Source: a virus
Length of the DNA stretch: 38,608 nucleotides
Strand: one strand, 5' to 3'
IMG/VR virus record: IMGVR_UViG_3300047170_000031
Location: 1-38,608 of that record
Of the stretch, positions 38,348-38,608 are shown piece after piece. How positions within the stretch are numbered: position 1 is the first letter of the stretch; each line of letters begins with the position of its first letter. Position numbers and translations under genes: made by a program. The notes beneath the pieces are model-generated. The model worked only from the letters and a program-made list of their open reading frames with translations, ran no database searches and had not been told where the DNA came from.

Positions 38348-38608
38348 ATGAGACTCACCATGCAGGCGATACGGACACGATATTTCGGACCCACGAACAG
38401 CCGCGGCGCGCGGATTCAGGCGAAGGTTGAGGCGGGCGCGATCTTCGTTCCCTTCAATCACGAACTGACGCTCGAGGAGAATCACCAAGCAGCCTGCAGG
38501 GCGATGCTGGTCAGGATGAACTGGAATACGCTGCCGTATTCCGCGATGGTCGGCGCCTCGTTCAACGGCGATCTTTACTGGGTCTTCGCCGACGATCTGT
38601 CTACGCGC
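38348..38608 (+). CDS. 5' part of the junction-spanning early ORF (continues at 128..145 of the circular map)
   Basis: MRLTMQAIRTRYFGPTNSRGARIQAKVEAGAIFVPFNHELTLEENHQAACRAMLV... Alternative in-frame start ATG 38360. The frame is open to the window end. Confidence 0.6.
   Translation, partial: MRLTMQAIRTRYFGPTNSRGARIQAKVEAGAIFVPFNHELTLEENHQAACRAMLVRMNWNTLPYSAMVGASFNGDLYWVFADDLSTR
38482..38608. repeat. Exact 127-bp terminal direct repeat, right copy
   Basis: Identical to 1..127. Confidence 0.97.

Noticed and set aside
1-38608. Prophage, integrative element or attachment sites
   Set aside because: No integrase, excisionase-like gene next to an att-like repeat, or flanking bacterial genes are present. 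The only long direct repeat is the 127-bp end overlap, which closes the circle.

Overview
The window is one complete, circularly closed dsDNA tailed-phage genome of about 38.48 kb. Bases 1..127 are identical to 38482..38608, and an ORF reads in frame across that junction. GC is roughly 60% by eye. The host is Gram-negative, inferred from an embedded Rz/Rz1-type spanin pair with a lipobox. About 65 protein genes are called, nearly all on the minus strand. At least 21 gene junctions are 4-nt ATGA/GTGA start-stop overlaps.

Modules, in window order:
- (i) A plus-strand block of seven tiny early genes (38348 -> 947).
- (ii) A minus-strand replication/DNA-metabolism operon (6831 -> 865): SF2 helicase, Zn-ribbon protein, short C5-methyltransferase-like protein, VRR-NUC nuclease, HTH protein, TOPRIM primase fused to a VirE/D5-like helicase, a secreted beta-sandwich protein and a Fis-type HTH protein.
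- (iii) A plus-strand recombination block (6910 -> 9190): YqaJ exonuclease, an 81-aa protein and RecT.
- (iv) One long minus-strand unit (37477 -> 9194): RHH regulator, HNH, glycine-rich fibre cassette, RHH, PAPS-reductase-like protein, a consensus sigma70 promoter, small genes, TerL, portal, HNH homing endonuclease, scaffold, major capsid, tail genes, fibre, three large glycine-zipper ejection proteins, and a lysis cassette (T4-type lysozyme, two small membrane proteins, Rz/Rz1, a secreted FN3 protein).
- (v) An ~870-bp ORF-free, AT-richer control region (37478..38347) packed with repeats.

I could not recognise an integrase, DNA polymerase, RNA polymerase, small terminase, tRNA, CRISPR array or DGR.

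Most interesting observations:
- Two Shine-Dalgarno-led arginine-rich micro-ORFs plus a terminator between the portal and HNH genes.
- An HNH ORF that overlaps the upstream RHH gene in the -1 frame and is entered at an A6 run.
- A 21-bp element conserved at DNA level in coding and non-coding contexts.
- A nested ORF pair whose inner frame has the better codon bias.
- Recurrent SSB-like acidic C-terminal tails ending in an aromatic residue, including on RecT.
- The repeat-dense control region.

Functional calls rest on motif recognition by eye. No database search was run.
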